This document shows, one piece after another, positions 28,100 through 32,000 of a DNA stretch of 32,000 nucleotides. The position numbers and the translations under genes are program-made. The notes beneath the pieces are model-generated. The model was given only the letters and a program-made list of their open reading frames with translations, was not told the DNA's origin and did no database searches. Origin of the DNA: an archaeon (lineage in GTDB: Archaea; Asgardarchaeota; Thorarchaeia; Thorarchaeales; Thorarchaeaceae). Each line of letters starts with the position of its first letter. The first letter of the stretch is position 1. The stretch spans positions 30,001 to 62,000 of the forward strand of contig JAJRZD010000059.1 in NCBI GenBank assembly GCA_024275415.1, read 5' to 3'.

Positions 28100-28484
28100 A
28101 AGGAAAACAAAAGACTTCGATGACTTCGTGAGCCTGCTAAGAGACCGTCTGATAGAACGCGGGAGCGCACTCCTCTTTGGCTCAAGAGCGCGTCAGGACT
28201 CTCACTGGATAAGTGATTTTGATGTGCTTGTGCTACATGATAATGTGGACAACGCTGACTCATTACGTTACTGGGCAAGGGGATACAGTGTAGACCTCTT
28301 TGTCATTGACTTGGCATCGACCAAGGAAGAGATAGAAAGAATGAACACTGTGCTCCTTGATGCATTGCTAGAAGGCGTCATCTTGTTCGATGATTTGGAC
28401 ACGATAGAGGAACTGAAAGAGTTCACCCTGGATATGGTCAGGACGCGAGGATTAAAAAGGCGTAAAGATGGGGGGTATTGGTAA
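28056..28484 (+). CDS. Minimal nucleotidyltransferase (MNT); start uncertain (ATT 28056 or GTG 28128)
   Basis: LLFGSRARQD...SDFDVLVL, VDLFVI, LEGVILFD. Frame is open upstream to an ATT preceded by GGAGGTGA. Confidence 0.85.
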   Translation: MSLPKFIRSLRKANERKTKDFDDFVSLLRDRLIERGSALLFGSRARQDSHWISDFDVLVLHDNVDNADSLRYWARGYSVDLFVIDLASTKEEIERMNTVLLDALLEGVILFDDLDTIEELKEFTLDMVRTRGLKRRKDGGYW

Positions 28485-28828
28485 CAGCCGTTCGAAAGAA
28501 AGTCCCCACTATCGGCCTGCAATGGTTCATCTATCCTAGGATAAGGCTAATACGGAAACTATCTTCCGGAGATACTCCGGAATCAAACAGAAACAGCAAA
28601 AGGGCGGGGACATATGTCATTTTATCATAACCTTTGACAAAATACGAACTCCGATCATCGGGATGTGATAGTACACATGGTCATGCAATACAAGCCATTT
28701 CATTTCATTGCATATTCTGTTTGTCTTTGCAAGTCCTAGTAGCTCGATTAATGTCATATAGATTGTATATGCTCATTACATCCAAATGATGATCCTCCTA
28801 CCCCGCCTCCTGAAAACCGATAGGCCTG

Positions 28829-30247
28829 TCACGCTAAGAACGTGATGGCTTCCTCTTCGAACAGGCACCTTGAGAGGTCTACGTATGGGTCCACCATCAG
28901 GGACACGCCCCGCCCGAAGGTTATAGTACAGTCAGGTGCGTCCTGCATGAGGGGGGACACCACCACAGGCACCGGGCGTTTCGGGTCTGGGTTCTTGTCA
29001 CTATGGAGGTACACGTGCCTGAGCGTGGCACCGCCCACGTGATCCAACTGGACTGGGGACGCCCCTCTGAAGTCACTCAGGTCAAGGTAGAGGCGTTCCA
29101 ACGACTTGAACTTTACCAGGGGGAACAGGGACTTTTCTGACGTGGGGGCATAGTGAAGTTCCCGCACTCCCGCGCAGTCGTCCACAGTCAGGAACCATAC
29201 CCAGTCAAGTCCAGCCTTGCCGGACAGGGACAGACGGTTGATGTTGGATGCACGCATGAAGGCATGTGGGTCGAAGACTGGGACATCACACCCGTAGGCG
29301 AACTGTGTCAGGTGAGGGAACGTCCCCTCTGAGGGCACGAGTTTGTCCCCGTCCAGTCCGCACTCGTCCACGACCAGCACTTCGAGGTTTTTGTGCTGGG
29401 CGAGGGACGGTACGTTGTGCAGCACAACACCCATCAGGTCAAGAGTCATGATCTGGGTACATCCAGACAGGATGTCAAGGTCGAAGGGATGCCTCCCCCT
29501 GAAGCGTTCGATACTGCGGACTATGAGGGGGCGGTAGGTGCCCACGCATACATGACGTGCCTCCTGCGAGTCTATCGTTTTCTTGTCGTAGGAGTGGGGC
29601 AAGATCGACAGCACCCTGCCGTTCCATGTCGGGTCAAGGTCCGACATATAGTGCTTCGCAGCCGACATCTCGGCAAGGCACTCTTTTTTCTGTTCATTCC
29701 ACAGGTGTACAAGACCTCTTAGTGCTAGGAGCAGGGTTCTACCCGAGGAACTGCTCCTGACCTGACGGGCATAGGAGATGACCTCCTCGAAGCCTTTCCG
29801 TTCCTCAACAAGGACGTCCCCGAGGGCCTCGAAGGCGGACATGACCACCATCACCTGTTGGAGGAGTTCGTTGTCGTACGTGTCCCCTTGCCTCGCAAGC
29901 AACCCCATGGTGTACTCGCCGCGGTCGTATAGTTCTGCGGTCCTGAACCGGGTATCATCGATGCTCATTACAGCGTGGTGCAACACCCTGATGTTTGCTT
30001 CCTTCAGTACGGGCACGTCGGACAGGGATATGGCTGCTCCTTTCCTGAGTAGAGACCGTGGGGCGAAGGAGTCTCTTTGTCCCCCCATATGTTCTTGGAG
30101 GGTGTGTCCGTTGTAGGTGTGGTAATTGATCCTCTGGAGTGCCTTCAAGGCGTTGCCAAGGTAGTCCTTGGGCACCAGCATAGTACAGATGTCCTTGTAG
30201 AACGCGTACGCTGCAGAATAGGGGTCGGACTTGTCGAAAGGAAGCAT
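28829..30247 (-). CDS. Helical-repeat plus leucine-rich-repeat protein, GC-rich
   Basis: 472-aa ORF. C-terminal LRR-like units (DLDILSGCTQIMTLDL, LAQHKNLEVLVV, FKSLERLYLDLS). TPR-like helix LALRGLVHLWNEQKKECLAEM. Confidence 0.7.
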   Translation of the reverse strand: MLPFDKSDPYSAAYAFYKDICTMLVPKDYLGNALKALQRINYHTYNGHTLQEHMGGQRDSFAPRSLLRKGAAISLSDVPVLKEANIRVLHHAVMSIDDTRFRTAELYDRGEYTMGLLARQGDTYDNELLQQVMVVMSAFEALGDVLVEERKGFEEVISYARQVRSSSSGRTLLLALRGLVHLWNEQKKECLAEMSAAKHYMSDLDPTWNGRVLSILPHSYDKKTIDSQEARHVCVGTYRPLIVRSIERFRGRHPFDLDILSGCTQIMTLDLMGVVLHNVPSLAQHKNLEVLVVDECGLDGDKLVPSEGTFPHLTQFAYGCDVPVFDPHAFMRASNINRLSLSGKAGLDWVWFLTVDDCAGVRELHYAPTSEKSLFPLVKFKSLERLYLDLSDFRGASPVQLDHVGGATLRHVYLHSDKNPDPKRPVPVVVSPLMQDAPDCTITFGRGVSLMVDPYVDLSRCLFEEEAITFLA

Positions 30248-30277
30248 CGTGTATCATCAATCTTTCTTTGAAAGCTC

Positions 30278-30988
30278 TTATAAAGACAAGCACTCGTCCC
30301 CGACAGTTGCCAACGGACAGGCACCACTCGTTGGCAACTCTGTGAGGGGGATGTAAATACGACTGGTCCTATAACCAATAAACAACGAAGCTATTATGCT
30401 TTGTAGGATGGACATACCCCTGTGTACCCCCTGTCTGGCTGCCAGGCGATATATGTGTAATGCCCTATTAATGATCGCAGGGGGTGTTTGTAGTTGGGAT
30501 GTGAACACGCGCATATCGCTCCACGCCTGTATCAGGTTGCGTTGGAACGAATCAGTATGGACTTCTGTAGTACGGTGGCGCTGCCAATGCGAAGCAGTAC
30601 CTATTTTGAAGAAGGGGGCGACATTCCCTCGTATCCTATGGGTTTTGTCGAGGTTTTGTGGTACTTTTGGTTCCCACAGCCAGTCTGGAAAATCCCCTTC
30701 GTTACCGAAGACGAGTCCACAGTTATCCTGTTCATGTCCTAAGTCGTCCTGTCCCGTTTGGACGAGTATCTCCTGCATGTCCCTGCTCTCGTGTCCTTTC
30801 TCGTCGATATGGAACTTTTTGAAGTAACATACGGGACACTGTAGTGGATAGAGTTTTTTTACTGGGTCTTTTTGTGCTTCGTAAATCGGTTCTTTGCAAT
30901 GACGACAGACGAACCGGAGGACTACAGGTTCACCTACCACCGGTGTGATGGCAGTGATTTTCCCCAGCACCTGGATAAATTTGTCCTA
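30278..30988 (-). pseudogene. Chimeric ORF: MCM OB-fold/Zn-finger fragment fused in frame to a degenerate TFB core
   Basis: H*DKFIQVLGKITAITPV...FVCRHC...Q...PLQCPVC...F...DMQEILVQ (MCM-type), then NCGLVF...RNLIQA...L..P...RALHIYRLA..QG..RGMSI...IASLFI.YR (TFB cyclin fold 1). Confidence 0.7.
30305..30339. repeat. Perfect 11-bp inverted repeat with 13-nt spacer
   Basis: AGTTGCCAACG (30305-30315) and CGTTGGCAACT (30329-30339). Confidence 0.9.
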
Positions 30989-31007
30989 ATGTCCTGCGTC
31001 ATGGTAG

Positions 31008-32000
31008 TTAATAGAAGACCACTTGAACATCCTTCAACCGCTCCCTCAACGGCCATGTTTTATCCATGACCGTGGATCGATACTTTTCTGCAATCCGAAT
31101 GTTCACATGTGCATCCACGGTCAGGTATTGGAACTCTTTGCAGTTCATTAGAGGAGTGAGATCCAATTCATCAAGCATATTGTCCTCCAGCCGTAGATTT
31201 TTCAATGTCGTCAGTTCGGATAGAGGAGAAAGATCGATGGATTCAAGCCTATTGCCATCCAACTGTAGATTCTCCAATGTCGTCAGTTCGGATAGAGGAG
31301 AAAGATCGATGGATGAAAGGCTATTCCCGTGAAGGTCAAGATATTCCAATGGGCACTGTGAAAGAGGAGTCAGATCCAACTTTCTCACGTCAGCACATCC
31401 TGCGACTGTCAAACGTTCAAGGTTCTCACACTGAGGTAATGTGACAGGAGTTCTGTTTTTGACGATACTACCAAGCATATGCATCGGATGAAGCAAATCC
31501 CCTAAGAACAATGTTCGCAGTGACCTTGAACCTGACAATGGCGTGAGATCAAATTGATAATGTGTCACTGTGTTGATGAAGAGTCGCTCTAGCGAGGGAC
31601 ACTCTGACAGTCCGTCTAAAATGATGGACTCTATAGGGCCCTCTACCTCGATGTTCTTAATACTCGCACTCCGCCTCAACGGGCTCAAATCCACCGAGTT
31701 CATCTGTGAACCACGAACTTGAAGATTCAACCTCTCAAAAGTCGGGAGCTTGCAAAGTCCTTCTAAATCGATTGCCTGCATGTTCTGAGCTCTGCTCACT
31801 GAGAACCCCCGAAGGTTGTCAAATTTGCTGAACAAACTAGTGTCAATGAATTCATTCTTAATGTAGAAAGAGGAGATATTCTCGATATTCGGAGCAATGT
31901 CTACGACTTGTTCTACAAGTTTTTCATCAATGTATATCTGTGAGAAAGTGCAATTTTTTATATCATCAGGCACTTCCTTGACTGTGAGCGTGCCATCTTT
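31008..32000 (-). CDS. Leucine-rich repeat protein (5' end lies outside the window)
   Basis: Repeated (I/F/L)DL(S/T)PL...L..L.L units. Frame is open to base 32000 (KDGTLTVKEVPDDIK). Confidence 0.92.
   Translation of the reverse strand, partial: KDGTLTVKEVPDDIKNCTFSQIYIDEKLVEQVVDIAPNIENISSFYIKNEFIDTSLFSKFDNLRGFSVSRAQNMQAIDLEGLCKLPTFERLNLQVRGSQMNSVDLSPLRRSASIKNIEVEGPIESIILDGLSECPSLERLFINTVTHYQFDLTPLSGSRSLRTLFLGDLLHPMHMLGSIVKNRTPVTLPQCENLERLTVAGCADVRKLDLTPLSQCPLEYLDLHGNSLSSIDLSPLSELTTLENLQLDGNRLESIDLSPLSELTTLKNLRLEDNMLDELDLTPLMNCKEFQYLTVDAHVNIRIAEKYRSTVMDKTWPLRERLKDVQVVFY
31203..31314. repeat. 40-bp perfect direct repeat with 72-bp period inside the LRR gene
   Basis: CAATGTCGTCAGTTCGGATAGAGGAGAAAGATCGATGGAT at 31203-31242 and 31275-31314, matching one 24-aa LRR unit. 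Confidence 0.95.

Noticed and set aside
31203-31314. CRISPR or DGR template/variable repeat interpretation of the 40-bp repeat
   Set aside because: Only two copies, in coding phase with the LRR period. No adenine-specific mismatches, and no RT or cas genes.
7-31444. Numerous short antisense or overlapping ORFs in the track (e.g. 1342-1872, 9054-9599, 14487-14873, 22609-23043, 25236-25604, 30396-30827)
   Set aside because: They are shadows of well-supported genes on another frame or strand and have no motifs of their own.
1-32000. Genome-wide reassignment of TAG or TGA suggested by several in-frame stops
   Set aside because: TAG ends tfb1 (ITMAP-TAG) at the position where tfb2 has TAA, and also ends ilvA and the GNAT gene. 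TGA ends ppdK, the HEPN genes and feoB. Only context-specific recoding remains possible.

Overview
Archaeal chromosomal window, most likely from an Asgard archaeon of the Thorarchaeia type. This is inferred from a longin-like gene, IDLSPL-type LRR proteins, TFBs and GGAGG/GGTGA ribosome-binding sites; no rRNA marker is present. The left half (1-16.3 kb) is mostly intact housekeeping and catabolic genes: PPDK 3' part, MNT-HEPN pair, lysine 6-/saccharopine dehydrogenase, threonine ammonia-lyase, SDR threonine 3-dehydrogenase, ferredoxin-nitroreductase/TrmB, GNAT, TrmO, TPR protein and CysRS. The right half (16.4-32 kb) is an accessory and partly decaying region. It holds a longin-like gene, MNT and membrane-gene remnants, and a divergent larA / feoA-feoB(N)-feoB(C)-membrane-feoC locus. 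There, both larA (TAG, codon 30) and feoA (TGA, codon 97) carry an in-frame stop that the ORF track hides. Further right are an orphan EcoRV-family nuclease, two tandem intact TFB paralogs, a divergent Nudix/macro-like pair, a HEPN-MNT pair and two LRR genes. Between the LRR genes lies a chimeric ORF joining an MCM OB-fold/zinc-finger segment in frame to a degenerate TFB core, ending at an 11-bp inverted repeat. No tRNA, rRNA, CRISPR array, integrase or transposase was recognised. All family assignments are by motif recognition, not database searches.
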